From Alkalispirochaeta sp. (GTDB lineage Bacteria > Spirochaetota > Spirochaetia > DSM-27196 > Alkalispirochaetaceae): 64,000 bases of DNA. The notes beneath the pieces were generated by a model. It did no database searches and was not told the origin of the DNA. It saw only the letters and a program-made list of their open reading frames with translations. The translations under genes and the position numbers were made by a program. Shown here piece by piece: positions 10,183 to 20,464 of this stretch (the first letter of the stretch is position 1; each line of letters begins with the position of its first letter). The stretch lies in NCBI GenBank assembly GCA_965601925.1, contig OZ271854.1, positions 4,832,001 through 4,896,000 of the forward strand. The letters are read 5' to 3'.

Positions 10183-10956
10183 TCATCGATCGGTACGCCT
10201 CACGGGAATGCTATGCTCGGATAGGTAGCGCTTGATGCCGCCGACGGTGAAGTCGCCGTAGTGAACCATACTGGCGACCAACGCGGCGTCGGCCGCACCC
10301 TCGTCGAGTACCTCACGCAGATGTTCGGGGTGCCCCGCCCCGCCGGAGGCGACGACCGGAACCGACACCGCCTTCGAGATCATCGAGGTGAGATTACACT
10401 CGTAGCCGTTGCGCGTGCCGTCGGCGTCGATACTGTTTACGACGATCTCGCCCGCTCCGAGGTCGACGGCGTGGCGCGCCCATTCGAGAGCGTCCAACTC
10501 CGTGGCGGTTCGCCCGCCGTTGATGAATACGCGATATCCGGACGGCATCGACGCGTCGGCCGCCGCGTCCATACCGAGCACAATGCACTGACGACCGAAC
10601 CTGGCCGCACCCTCGCCGATGACGTCCGGGTTTTTGACCGCTTGGCTGTTGACGCTGATCTTCTCGGCGCCGGCAAGAAGCACGCGACGCATATCATCGA
10701 CCGTTGCAACTCCCCCGCCGACGGAGAAGGGAACGAAGATCTGGGAGGCGACCTTCTCGACGATGTCGATCATAATCCCCCTTCCCTCGGCGCTGGCGGT
10801 TATGTCGTAAAAGACGAGTTCATCGACTCCCTCGTCGTAATAGTGACGCGCCATCGCCACCGGATCTCCGATATCGACATTTTCCTTAAATCGAACGCCC
10901 TTCGTTACCATTCCGTCGCGCACATCGAGGCACACGATGACCCGCTTCTGATACAT
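10183..10956 (-). CDS. hisF: Imidazole glycerol phosphate synthase, cyclase subunit
   Basis: [31 protein letters not shown] and ASGGAG motifs. Confidence 0.97.
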   Translation of the reverse strand: MYQKRVIVCLDVRDGMVTKGVRFKENVDIGDPVAMARHYYDEGVDELVFYDITASAEGRGIMIDIVEKVASQIFVPFSVGGGVATVDDMRRVLLAGAEKISVNSQAVKNPDVIGEGAARFGRQCIVLGMDAAADASMPSGYRVFINGGRTATELDALEWARHAVDLGAGEIVVNSIDADGTRNGYECNLTSMISKAVSVPVVASGGAGHPEHLREVLDEGAADAALVASMVHYGDFTVGGIKRYLSEHSIPVRRTDR

Positions 10957-11015
10957 GATGCTCTCCGCTCTGTCGGTCGGCTAAAGCCGCGCTCAAATAC
11001 GACGAGGAGACGCGG

Positions 11016-11624
11016 CTACGGCCGCCACTCCAGAAAGTTCCGTAACATCTTCAATCCGATCTCGCCGCTCTTCTCGGGGTGAAACTGAGTAGCAACGATA
11101 TTGTCTCTCCCGACTACCGCGGCGAACCGTTCGCCGTAATCGCATACGGCCAGCGCGTCGGATTCGCTCCTCGGCGCGGGATAGTAGGAGTGGACGAAAT
11201 AAAACGAACTCTCTTCGGCAATATCGTCGAAAAGGGGGTGGTCCGCCACGGCGGAAATCGTGTTCCAACCCATATGCGGAATTTTGAGCCCGTCCCCACC
11301 TGCCAGTTTCACCGTGCGGCCCGCGATCAACCCCAGACACGAGACGTCGCGCTCGTCGGAGTGGTCCAACACGATCTGGGCGCCGATACAGATACCGAGG
11401 ATCGGCACGCCGCGGCGAGCGGCATCGGTAATCGCTTCGTCCAAGGCGAGGGAGCGCAGGCTTTCCATGGCGGAGTACGCCTCGCCGTCACCGGGAATGA
11501 CGATACGCTGCGCCCGGGCGACTACGTCGGGGTCGCTGGTCACCACGTGTTCGGCGTGGAAATACGCCAACGCGCGGGCGGCGCTACGAATGTTTCCGGC
11601 CTCGTAGTCGATAATGGCAATCAT
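11016..11624 (-). CDS. hisH: Imidazole glycerol phosphate synthase, glutaminase subunit
   Basis: IIDYEAGN, GICIGAQ (catalytic Cys), PHMGWN, YFVHSY and QFHPEKS motifs. Confidence 0.97.
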   Translation of the reverse strand: MIAIIDYEAGNIRSAARALAYFHAEHVVTSDPDVVARAQRIVIPGDGEAYSAMESLRSLALDEAITDAARRGVPILGICIGAQIVLDHSDERDVSCLGLIAGRTVKLAGGDGLKIPHMGWNTISAVADHPLFDDIAEESSFYFVHSYYPAPRSESDALAVCDYGERFAAVVGRDNIVATQFHPEKSGEIGLKMLRNFLEWRP

Positions 11625-11758
11625 TGTCGGGCCTCTCGGAAGAGAAGACGCGCCGAGGCGGTACGATCATCGGTCGTCACAACGGCGGCGCCGAGGTGGT
11701 GTAGTGCCGTCTCAACACTACGAAGATTTCCCGCGTCGTAATCGACCACCGCAATCAT
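11621..11758 (-). pseudogene. 45-aa ORF: truncated HisH paralog (N-terminal fragment only)
   Basis: Manual translation MIAVVDYDAGNLRSVETALHHLGAAVVTTDDRTASARLLFREARQ*. The first ~31 aa align with the HisH N-terminus. ATGA overlaps at both ends. Confidence 0.8.
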
Positions 11759-12774
11759 GGCGCGCCTCCTTCCGCGGATACATCCGCGAGTATCATGTTC
11801 AAAACTCCGGTCTCGGCGGACGGATCGATTCTCAAACCGACTATCACGATCGTCTCCCGATCGCGAAGAATATCAAAATCCTCGGTAAGTTCCATCCCCT
11901 GGGCAACGGCAAACTGCGGAAGCAACAACCTGGCCGGAACAAGCGCAACTCGCGCCTCTCGCTCCCCGGAAAACGAAATCGCCCCCTGCACTGCCAAATA
12001 TCCGCTTGCTGCCTCTTCGTTCAACGTGAGAAGAGCCGCATTCGGCCCGACGTGGTCCGGAAAGCCGGGAATGGGCGGGGAGGTTATCCACGCTATGATA
12101 CGCTGGCGATTCCCGACTCCCGACGAGCCGGTCGCACTGAAGAGCGCCGCCGTCTCCTCTCCCAGAGGGGGGCCGCCGCCCGAGAGGCGAGGATAAAACT
12201 CCTCGACCACAGACTCGCGCACCGCCGCGGGGTTCCGATATGGAGCGATATCGCGATCAAACGTCCACACGTCGCGCCGCGCGAGAAGCAGCTCCTCCCG
12301 GCCTGAGGGCGAGCGCCATCGCCCCCTTTCGATGCGATCCCACCCCTGAGCGTTGAGGACGAGTGCCGCGCCCACCCTTCGCGAATCGACATCGAGCCAT
12401 ACACGTTCGCGCTCGGGGGTGCGGTGCAGCAGTATACGTTCGACGCGTCCGACGACTCGCTCCCGCAGCCCCGTAAGGGCGCTCCCGACATCTCGGGCCA
12501 ACTCCCATGAGTCGGTGGAGACGAACACCAAATACTCACCGCCGCGCTCGTCGTCCACCCGCGCGCCGTCGGAATCTCCGGAACGCGGAAACGGCGGCAT
12601 CGTGGCTTCCAAGAACGTTACATCGTCGTCGGAGAGCGTAGGAAAGGCGATCCACCGATCACGCATCGCCCCGTTTAGGGTGCGGTAAGCCGCCGGCGAG
12701 GTCGCGCACGACGCCAGAGCACTCAGCGCAAGGGCGACTAACACGGCGCGGGATCGTCTTCGGTCGCCTCGCAT
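11755..12774 (-). CDS. Hypothetical lipoprotein
   Basis: 339-aa ORF between ileS and hisH. Positively charged N-terminus, hydrophobic stretch and LASC lipobox. Confidence 0.7.
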   Translation of the reverse strand: MRGDRRRSRAVLVALALSALASCATSPAAYRTLNGAMRDRWIAFPTLSDDDVTFLEATMPPFPRSGDSDGARVDDERGGEYLVFVSTDSWELARDVGSALTGLRERVVGRVERILLHRTPERERVWLDVDSRRVGAALVLNAQGWDRIERGRWRSPSGREELLLARRDVWTFDRDIAPYRNPAAVRESVVEEFYPRLSGGGPPLGEETAALFSATGSSGVGNRQRIIAWITSPPIPGFPDHVGPNAALLTLNEEAASGYLAVQGAISFSGEREARVALVPARLLLPQFAVAQGMELTEDFDILRDRETIVIVGLRIDPSAETGVLNMILADVSAEGGAP

Positions 12775-12783
12775 GGTGGCGGC

Positions 12784-15700
12784 TCACACGGTGCGAATCG
12801 CCACTCGAGCGGAAGTCTCTCCGATTGCGATCGACTCAGCGTCGTCCGACGCGCTCCACTCGAGCTGTTCGGCGAGCGTCTCGCCGCACAAGTACTCTTC
12901 AAAGGTGCGCACCGCCGCGGCGATCTCCTCGTCGCCGTCAATCGAGAGGGCGATGCGGTCGGTCACCTCGAAACCGCGCGCCTTTCGCATGGTCTGCACG
13001 GCACGAATCAGGTCGCGGACGAGCCCCTCCTGCCGCAGCTCGGTGGTGATCTCCGGATCCAAGGCGACTGTAAGGCTTCCCTCGTTGAGAACTTTGAGAT
13101 TCTCCTTCTCGCTGCGCTGGACCAATACGCTGTCGATGGTGATGTCGACCGACTCACCCTCAACCTCCAAGCTCAGCGTGCTACCGTCCATGAGCTGTTG
13201 GATCTCGACGCCCGACAACCCTTCGATCACCGCCGCCGCAGCGCGCATCCGTTTGCCGAGCCTCGGGCCGAGCTCGCGAAAGTTCGCCTTGGCGGAATAC
13301 TCGACGAGTTCCTCCTCGTTCTCGCGGAAGACGACCTCTTTGACGTTGATCTCGTCGCGAATGATGTCCTCCATCTCCAGGAGAACCCTGCGCGCCTCAC
13401 CGTCGCGAGTGACCAAATGGAGGGCGGCCAGGGGTTGGCGAATCTTCAGATTGTGCATGGTGCGGATCGCCCGGCCCAGGCTCACGGCCTGGCGCGTTAC
13501 CGCCATCTTCCGCTCCAACTCGAGATCGCGGCGCTTCTCGTCCGCGACCGGATAGTCGCACAGATGGACCGATTCGGGCTCTCCGGGGGAGCGCAGATTG
13601 CGATAAATCTCCTCGGTCATGAAGGGGATAATCGGCGCGGCGACCTTGGTGAGCGTCATGAGCACGGAATAGAGCGTCTGATACGCCTGTATCTTGTCGC
13701 CGTCGTTCTCACTCCTCCAGAATCGTCGACGACTGCGCCGCACGTACCAGTTGTTGAGCGTATCGATGAAGCTCACGATCGGGTCGATCGCCCGCTGTAG
13801 TTCGTAGGAGTCGAGGTAACCGGTCACCTCGGCCACGAGGCGCTCGGTCTCCGAAAGCACCCAGCGGTCCAACGGGTTGTCGGGCTCGTCGGGCGCACCG
13901 GTCGGTTGTACACCGTCAATATTGGCGTAGGTGACGAAAAAGCTGTAGGCGTTCCAATACGGGATGATGACCGTTTTGAGAACCTCGCGCACACCTTCAT
14001 CGGAGTACTTGAGATCCTCGGCGCGCACGACCGCCGAATCCATCAGAAAGAGGCGCAATGCATCGGCGCCGAACTCGTCGATGATATCCTTCGGATCGGT
14101 GTAATTGCGCTCGCTTTTCGACATCTTCTTGCCGTCGGGGGCGAGGACGAGACCGTTCACCACCACGTGTTCGAATCCGGGGGAGTCGAAGAGTGCGGCG
14201 GCGAGAACGGTCAAGGTGTAAAACCATCCGCGCGTCTGGTCCAACCCCTCACAGATGAAGTCGGCGGGGAAGTTCTCCTCGAAGAACTCCTTGTTCTCGA
14301 ACGGATAGTGGCTCTGGCCGTATGGCATGGCACCGGACTCGAACCAGCAATCCAACACCTCGGGAATTCGGCGCATCGTTCCCTTTCCGTCGGGGCTCGG
14401 CCAGGTGATATCATCGATGAAATGCTTGTGCAAATCCTCGACCCACACTCCGCTCTTTTCTCTGAGCTCCGTTCGGCTGCCGATCACTTCGATGTGGTCA
14501 CTTCCGTCGCACTTCCACACCGGGAGCGGATTACCCCAGTACCGATTGCGGCTGATCGCCCAGTCTCGCGCTCCCTCCAGCCACTTGCCGAAGCGCCCTT
14601 TCTTAACGTGGCCGGGAACCCATTCGATCTTATCGTTGGCCTGAAGCATGCTCCGCTTGACCTTGTCGATGTTGACGAACCACGAACTGATCGCACGGTA
14701 GATGAGCGGTTTCTTGGAGCGATAACAGAAGGGATAGGCGTGGCGATAGGTCTCGCGTTTGACGAGGACTCCCCGCTCTTTCAGCCACGCGATGATGTTC
14801 TTATCCGCCTCTTTGACCTGCTGTCCCTCGAAATCGGGGACCTCGGAGGTGAAGCGCGCCTCGGGATCGATCGGTACGACCACCGGAAGACCGCTGTCGC
14901 GCAGCAGATTGTAGTCGTCCTCACCGAATCCCGGAGCGATGTGCACCACGCCGGTACCGTCCTCGGTCGTAACGAAATCCCCCAGGTGTACGGCAAACGC
15001 ACCGTCGTCGGCAAGATCGGCGAAATAGGGAAAGATCGGCTCGTAGCGCAGCCCCGCCAAGTCTTTACCGGTCAGGCGGTCGACGACGGTGTACTCGCTC
15101 TCGTCGCGGTAATAGTGGCTCAGGCGGCTCTCCGCGAGGATGTAGTGGTCCTCTCCGTCGGCGATTCGCACGTAGTCGATATTCTCACCGACCGCCAGGG
15201 CGAGGTTGCTGGGTAAGGTCCACGGCGTCGTCGTCCACGCCAGCACGTACGTATTCGGCTCGTTTGTCAGGCGAAACCTCACGGTGATCGCCGGATCGTC
15301 GACCTCGTGATATCCGCCCAAATTCACCTCGAAGTTTGACAGCGGCGTCGCCAGCGCGGGGCTATAGGGTAGGATGTAATATCCCTCGTAGATGAGCCCC
15401 TTCTCCCATAGCTGCTTGAAGACCCACCAGATCGTCTCCATGTACTCGGGGTCCATCGTCTTGTAGTCGTTATCGAAGTCGACCCAGCGACCCATGCGGG
15501 TAACCACCTCGCGCCACTCATCGGTGTAGCGAAGCACGATACCGCGGCACGCCTCGTTGAAGCGGGCGACGCCGTACTCCTCGATCTGCGACGCCCCGGA
15601 GATTCCCAGCTCCTTCTCCATCTCGTACTCGACCGGCAGACCGTGGCAATCCCATCCGAATCGACGCTCGACCCGCTTGCCCTTCATCGTTTGGTAGCGC

Positions 15701-15906
15701 GGAATGATGTCTTTGATCGTGCCGGGGACGAAGTGCCCGAAGTGCGGAAGGCCCGTAGCAAAGGGCGGTCCGTCGTAAAAGGTGAAATGATCCGTCTCGC
15801 TCCGTTGCGCGACGGACCGTTCGAATGTCGAGTGTTCCTTCCAAAATGCGAGGATGTCCTCCTCCATCTTTGGGAAGCTCACCTTCGGGTCAACCGGCTT
15901 GTACAA
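12784..15906 (-). CDS. ileS: Isoleucine--tRNA ligase (type 2)
   Basis: DGPPFATGLPHFGH, GWDCHGLPVE, WTTTPWTLPSN, EGLDQTRGWFY and KMSKS motifs. GAGGAGG RBS before the TTG start. Confidence 0.97.
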   Translation of the reverse strand: MYKPVDPKVSFPKMEEDILAFWKEHSTFERSVAQRSETDHFTFYDGPPFATGLPHFGHFVPGTIKDIIPRYQTMKGKRVERRFGWDCHGLPVEYEMEKELGISGASQIEEYGVARFNEACRGIVLRYTDEWREVVTRMGRWVDFDNDYKTMDPEYMETIWWVFKQLWEKGLIYEGYYILPYSPALATPLSNFEVNLGGYHEVDDPAITVRFRLTNEPNTYVLAWTTTPWTLPSNLALAVGENIDYVRIADGEDHYILAESRLSHYYRDESEYTVVDRLTGKDLAGLRYEPIFPYFADLADDGAFAVHLGDFVTTEDGTGVVHIAPGFGEDDYNLLRDSGLPVVVPIDPEARFTSEVPDFEGQQVKEADKNIIAWLKERGVLVKRETYRHAYPFCYRSKKPLIYRAISSWFVNIDKVKRSMLQANDKIEWVPGHVKKGRFGKWLEGARDWAISRNRYWGNPLPVWKCDGSDHIEVIGSRTELREKSGVWVEDLHKHFIDDITWPSPDGKGTMRRIPEVLDCWFESGAMPYGQSHYPFENKEFFEENFPADFICEGLDQTRGWFYTLTVLAAALFDSPGFEHVVVNGLVLAPDGKKMSKSERNYTDPKDIIDEFGADALRLFLMDSAVVRAEDLKYSDEGVREVLKTVIIPYWNAYSFFVTYANIDGVQPTGAPDEPDNPLDRWVLSETERLVAEVTGYLDSYELQRAIDPIVSFIDTLNNWYVRRSRRRFWRSENDGDKIQAYQTLYSVLMTLTKVAAPIIPFMTEEIYRNLRSPGEPESVHLCDYPVADEKRRDLELERKMAVTRQAVSLGRAIRTMHNLKIRQPLAALHLVTRDGEARRVLLEMEDIIRDEINVKEVVFRENEEELVEYSAKANFRELGPRLGKRMRAAAAVIEGLSGVEIQQLMDGSTLSLEVEGESVDITIDSVLVQRSEKENLKVLNEGSLTVALDPEITTELRQEGLVRDLIRAVQTMRKARGFEVTDRIALSIDGDEEIAAAVRTFEEYLCGETLAEQLEWSASDDAESIAIGETSARVAIRTV

Positions 15907-15964
15907 AGCGTCCTCCTCGTGTACTGCCTTCTAAGAGATATCGAGTTCGTTGCCGAGACGGGAA

Positions 15965-16999
15965 CTACCCGTCGACCGTCTCGTCTCGTACGATATGGCG
16001 AATCACCTCTACGTCGTACCGGTAGAGTACGATCGTGGAACCTACCGGGAGCCGGTAGGGAAAGGCGATCTGACCGCCGGGATGGACGACGGTAAACAGC
16101 GTGGTGCTCTCGCCCTCGGGGTCCACCGCTACGGCGCTCAGCTCCACCGCCACCGCGTACTCGGGCAGCGTTCGGTCGAATAGTCCGAACTGCACCTCGT
16201 CGTCCGCGCTCCGCACGTCCCGTATCGTCAACGCCACCGGAGTACCGACCGCCACTTGGGAGCCCGGCTCGGGCTCCTGCGCAACGACGACACCCTCCTG
16301 GCCGATCGTCGGCTGTTCCTCCAGCTGGAACAAGAAGGGAATGCCGTCTCGGGAGAGGATCTGTATGGCATCCGACCAGTCCAACCCGAGAAAGGTCGGA
16401 AGCGATACGCGCTCGATATCGGGACCGCGACTTACGATCAGATCGAGGCCGGTAGAACCCGAGAGCGTCGTCCCCGGGGAGGGGTCCTGGCCGATGATCG
16501 TGCCCGCCGGCGACTCGTCGAATACATAACTGATCGTGTCGATGAAGAGAACGCCCTCTCCGCCGACGCCGAGGGCCTGCAGATCGGCCCGGACGTCCTG
16601 AAAGAGACGTCCCGAGTAGTCGTCAACCTCTTCGATGACCGCTCCCTGACTCACCAGAAGCGTAATCCGACGCCCCGCCCGTACCACCGCGCCCGGTTCG
16701 GGGTTCTGGGAAATAATGTGACCGCGAAGGGTCGGGTCCGAGTGGTAGCGCAACTGTACCTGGGGATACAAGCCGCGTTCCTGAAGGGAGACGAGAGCGT
16801 CTACCAACTCTTCGCCGGCAATATCGGGCACCTGCGTCTGTTCGGGGCCGCGAAGGGTCAACAAAAATGCAACCAGCGCCGAGAGTCCGAGAAATACGAA
16901 AAGCCCGACGAAGGCCCACGAGGTGATAAGGAAGTAACGACGTTCGGGACTGTCGTCCACCAATCTCCTGTTTCGTTTGAGAAAACCGAATATGTTCAT
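15965..16999 (-). CDS. Membrane-anchored PASTA-domain protein
   Basis: N-terminal TM helix followed by three repeats of VP/LP...G...G.II.Q.P.PG...L.VS.G. Confidence 0.88.
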   Translation of the reverse strand: MNIFGFLKRNRRLVDDSPERRYFLITSWAFVGLFVFLGLSALVAFLLTLRGPEQTQVPDIAGEELVDALVSLQERGLYPQVQLRYHSDPTLRGHIISQNPEPGAVVRAGRRITLLVSQGAVIEEVDDYSGRLFQDVRADLQALGVGGEGVLFIDTISYVFDESPAGTIIGQDPSPGTTLSGSTGLDLIVSRGPDIERVSLPTFLGLDWSDAIQILSRDGIPFLFQLEEQPTIGQEGVVVAQEPEPGSQVAVGTPVALTIRDVRSADDEVQFGLFDRTLPEYAVAVELSAVAVDPEGESTTLFTVVHPGGQIAFPYRLPVGSTIVLYRYDVEVIRHIVRDETVDG

Positions 17000-17002
17000 G
17001 AT

Positions 17003-17995
17003 CTACGCTCGTTCCAGCACACTACCGATGATGGTCGGATTGCCGTTGATGAAGGCACGAAAGTCCATCTCCTTGCGTGTCTGCAATTTGAGACGTCTAA
17101 CCGCAACCAAGCCATCCGTGGTTTGTATCAGAATTCCAAGTCCGTTGTCTACCGCGACCACCTCACCGGGCGTCGCTTTTTCGGGCGCGGCGCCGCCTTC
17201 GACCGCGGGCCGTCGTGCCGGAAGATGGTTCACGTCGATCAACTGAAGCGTCTTTCCCGCCCACGAGCAGACGACGCCGGGCCACGGCGTGTAGGCGCGA
17301 ACCATGCGCGAAATAGTGAGGGCCGACTCGCTCCAATCGAGCTTTCCGTCTCCGCGCTCGACCTTTCGGCAATAGGTTGCCCGCTCGTGGTCCTGAGGAG
17401 TCCGCTGCGCGCTGCCGGCCGCGATTCGATCGATCGCCTCGACCAACAGGCGGGCGCCTCGGCGTCCCAAATCGTCGTGGAGCCGCGAGAGCGAGACGTC
17501 GTCGGGGAGCGCGATACGTTCCTGAAGAAGGATGTCGCCCGAATCCATCTCCGGCGCAAGGTATTGTACGGTCACGCCCGTCTGTTCGTCTCCGGCGAGA
17601 ATCGCCGCCTGTAGGGGGCTGGGGCCGCGATGGCGCGGCAACAGCGAAGGGTGGACGTTAAGGCCCCCCTCCGGGAAGAGGGCCAGAAATCGCGGGCCGA
17701 AGATCCTACCGTAGGCGACCACGACCAAAAGATCGGGAGCCGTTGCGCTCACCGCTTCCCGCGCCTGTGCTCCCAGGCGTTCGGGCTGGAGAACCGGTAC
17801 TCCGTGCTCGAGGGCCCACGTTTTGACCGGCGAGGGCCGTACTCGTCGTCCACGGCCGCTCGGCGCGTCGGGATTGGTCAGGGCGCCCACGATGCGCCAC
17901 CGTGAAGAGTGTTCCCACGCCGCCTCTAAGGAGAAGACGGCGATTTCAGGAGTGCCCGCGAAGAGAATGCGTAACGGCGTCGTGCGAATGCTCAT
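17003..17995 (-). CDS. fmt: Methionyl-tRNA formyltransferase
   Basis: FAGTPE, NVHPSLLPRHRGPSP and MDSGDI motifs. Confidence 0.97.
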   Translation of the reverse strand: MSIRTTPLRILFAGTPEIAVFSLEAAWEHSSRWRIVGALTNPDAPSGRGRRVRPSPVKTWALEHGVPVLQPERLGAQAREAVSATAPDLLVVVAYGRIFGPRFLALFPEGGLNVHPSLLPRHRGPSPLQAAILAGDEQTGVTVQYLAPEMDSGDILLQERIALPDDVSLSRLHDDLGRRGARLLVEAIDRIAAGSAQRTPQDHERATYCRKVERGDGKLDWSESALTISRMVRAYTPWPGVVCSWAGKTLQLIDVNHLPARRPAVEGGAAPEKATPGEVVAVDNGLGILIQTTDGLVAVRRLKLQTRKEMDFRAFINGNPTIIGSVLERA

Positions 17996-18480
17996 GGCGA
18001 GACGGGTTTGTGGTAGTGCCTCAGGAGGCGTTCTTTCTTACGCGCCGTCAGATAGTCGAGGAAGAGTACTCCTTCGATATGGTCGTATTCGTGCTGAATG
18101 ACCCGTGCAAGAATACCGTCGAAGTCGCGCCGATACTCCGTTCCACGCTCGTCCCACGCCTCGACGGTGATCTCCAATGGGCGACGAACGTCGGCGTAGA
18201 CGCCCGGAATACTGAGGCACCCCTCTTCGTAATCGCCCTCGTCGGGAGACGCCGCTACGATCCGCGGATTGATGAAGACGCGCGGCTCGTCGTCGGGAAC
18301 GTGGACGACGAACAGACGGCGAAGATACCCCACCTGCGGACCGGCGAGCCCGATGCCCTTTGCCTCGTGCATTACATCGACCATCTGCGAGGCGAGTTGT
18401 AAAAGCTCTCCGTCGATCGTCTCGACTGCGTCGGCAACGGTGGTCAGCCGTTCGTCGGGGTGGTACACGAGAGATATCAT
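17992..18480 (-). CDS. def: Peptide deformylase
   Basis: GIGLAGPQVG, EGCLS and QHEYDH motifs. Confidence 0.97.
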   Translation of the reverse strand: MISLVYHPDERLTTVADAVETIDGELLQLASQMVDVMHEAKGIGLAGPQVGYLRRLFVVHVPDDEPRVFINPRIVAASPDEGDYEEGCLSIPGVYADVRRPLEITVEAWDERGTEYRRDFDGILARVIQHEYDHIEGVLFLDYLTARKKERLLRHYHKPVSP

Positions 18481-18493
18481 CGTCGTATTGTAC

Positions 18494-20464
18494 TTACAGG
18501 AGGTTCACCGGGTCTACATCTACCTCGATATGCACCCGGTACGACTCGACAAACTCCAGGAGGACGCCGCGTGTGACACGAGCGAGGGCGCCGGCGGAAG
18601 GCCCCCGTAGAAGCACCTGGTAGCGCCATTGATTGTTAATCTTTTCAAGCGGCGCCGGCGCCGGCCCGAGCACCTCTATGGCCGTGGTAGCGTCGGTTTC
18701 GCGACGCAACGAGGTGGCGATCGTCGCGGCACACGTCTCGGCGGAACCGCGACTGCGCGAACGCACGACGAGGCGCAACAGCCGCCCGAAGGGCGGGAAA
18801 CCCAACTCGCGGCGCACATCGATCTCGGCGCGGTAGAACGCATCTATCTCCATCCGCGCGGCGCGGCGAATCGCGTCATGCTCCGGGCGCAGCGTCTGCA
18901 CGATGACCTCGCCGTCGGACCGAAAGCGGCCGGCGCGGCCGGCTACCTGCACGATGAGGGCGAAGGTTCGTTCGGCCGAGCGAAAGTCGGGAAGACTCAA
19001 CCCCGTGTCGGCCATGACGATACCGACGGTGCGCACCCGCGGGAAATTGAGGCCCTTGGCCACCATCTGCGTACCCAACAGCACGTCCACCTCGCCCGAG
19101 GCGAACCGGTCGAGCACCTCCTTGAGCGCCCCGCGTCGCTTCGAGACGTCGGTATCGAGGCGCGCAACGCGTAACTGCGGCAACACACGCCCCATCTCCT
19201 CCTCGATCCGTTCCGTACCGAATCCGGTGTATCCGACGTCCAGAGAGCCGCAATCGGGACATATGCTCTGGGGTCGCGCACGGTAGCCGCAGTAGTGACA
19301 CACCATGCGGCCCTTACTCTTGTGCCACGTCATGGGTACCGAGCAATGCGGACACTCGGCCTGGTAACCGCAACTACGGCATTGAAAGACGCTTGCGAAC
19401 CCGCGACGGTTGAGAAAGAGAATGCTCTGTGCTCCCATATCCGCGGTCCGCCGGAGCGCATCGGCGAGGGGTTCGGAGATGAGCGAGGCCGAACCGCGCA
19501 CGTTATGTACCGCGATCGACGGCAGTGTGCCGCCGGAGAGGCGTTGCGTCAGCTCGAGGCGGCGTAGGCGCCCCGTTTCCATGAGGTGCCACGCTTCGAC
19601 CGACGGCGTCGCCGATCCCATGACGCAGGCGGCGCCCGACTGTATCGAACGGCGAAGGGCAACCTGCCGCGCATGGTATCGCGGCGCATTTCCCGCCTTG
19701 TAAGAGCTTTCGTGCTCCTCGTCGATTACCACTAACCCGAGGCTCCGCACGGGTGCGAAGACGGCGCTCCGGGCGCCGACCACCAGCCGCGCCTCGCCGC
19801 GTTGAGCTCGTCGCCATTCGCCGAGACGCTGTGCCGGGGTAAGACCGGAGTGCAGCATCGCCGCCGTGCTCCCGAAGCGCCGGGAAATATGTTCGAACAG
19901 TTGATGGGTCAGGGCGATTTCCGGAACGAGATATATGACGCTCTTCCCCTCCGTCAGCACCGCCTCGGCGGCGCGAAGAAAGACTTCGGTCTTGCCGCTT
20001 CCGGTAATACCGTACAGGTAGAACCACCGCTCCGCGTCGGACGGCTCTTCGGCGGTGATCGCCGCGAGCGCCTCCTCCTGCTCGACCGAGAGCCGAATCC
20101 GTTCAGGCGCAACCGCCGGCTCGTCGCCGGAGAGCTCGGGTAGCTCACGAGTACGACGCGCCCCGGGCAGCATCGCTTGGAGCACCTCGCCGAGGGAAGC
20201 GAGATAGGTCGCCGATATCCAACGCGCCAAATCGAGATACTCTTCGTCGAAGAGCGGCTGTTCGTCTATGACGCGCGAGATCTCTTTGAGTTGTGTCGGC
20301 GTGTCGCCGCGGTAGTCGGCGTCCACAACGACACCGGTGACCGTGCGTCGACCGAACGGCACGATCACGCGACAGCCCGCTTTAGGAGGCTCGGCGAGAT
20401 CGCCGACACGGTACGAAAAGAGGCGATCGATCGGGACCGGCACGGCCACCTGGACGATGGTCAT
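18494..20464 (-). CDS. priA: Primosomal protein N'
   Basis: GITGSGKTEV, DEEHESSYK, four CxxC pairs and QVAGRAGR. Confidence 0.97.
   Translation of the reverse strand: MTIVQVAVPVPIDRLFSYRVGDLAEPPKAGCRVIVPFGRRTVTGVVVDADYRGDTPTQLKEISRVIDEQPLFDEEYLDLARWISATYLASLGEVLQAMLPGARRTRELPELSGDEPAVAPERIRLSVEQEEALAAITAEEPSDAERWFYLYGITGSGKTEVFLRAAEAVLTEGKSVIYLVPEIALTHQLFEHISRRFGSTAAMLHSGLTPAQRLGEWRRAQRGEARLVVGARSAVFAPVRSLGLVVIDEEHESSYKAGNAPRYHARQVALRRSIQSGAACVMGSATPSVEAWHLMETGRLRRLELTQRLSGGTLPSIAVHNVRGSASLISEPLADALRRTADMGAQSILFLNRRGFASVFQCRSCGYQAECPHCSVPMTWHKSKGRMVCHYCGYRARPQSICPDCGSLDVGYTGFGTERIEEEMGRVLPQLRVARLDTDVSKRRGALKEVLDRFASGEVDVLLGTQMVAKGLNFPRVRTVGIVMADTGLSLPDFRSAERTFALIVQVAGRAGRFRSDGEVIVQTLRPEHDAIRRAARMEIDAFYRAEIDVRRELGFPPFGRLLRLVVRSRSRGSAETCAATIATSLRRETDATTAIEVLGPAPAPLEKINNQWRYQVLLRGPSAGALARVTRGVLLEFVESYRVHIEVDVDPVNLL

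Noticed and set aside
15906..15965. T-box leader for ileS
   Set aside because: The gap is under 60 nt and has no T-box motif.
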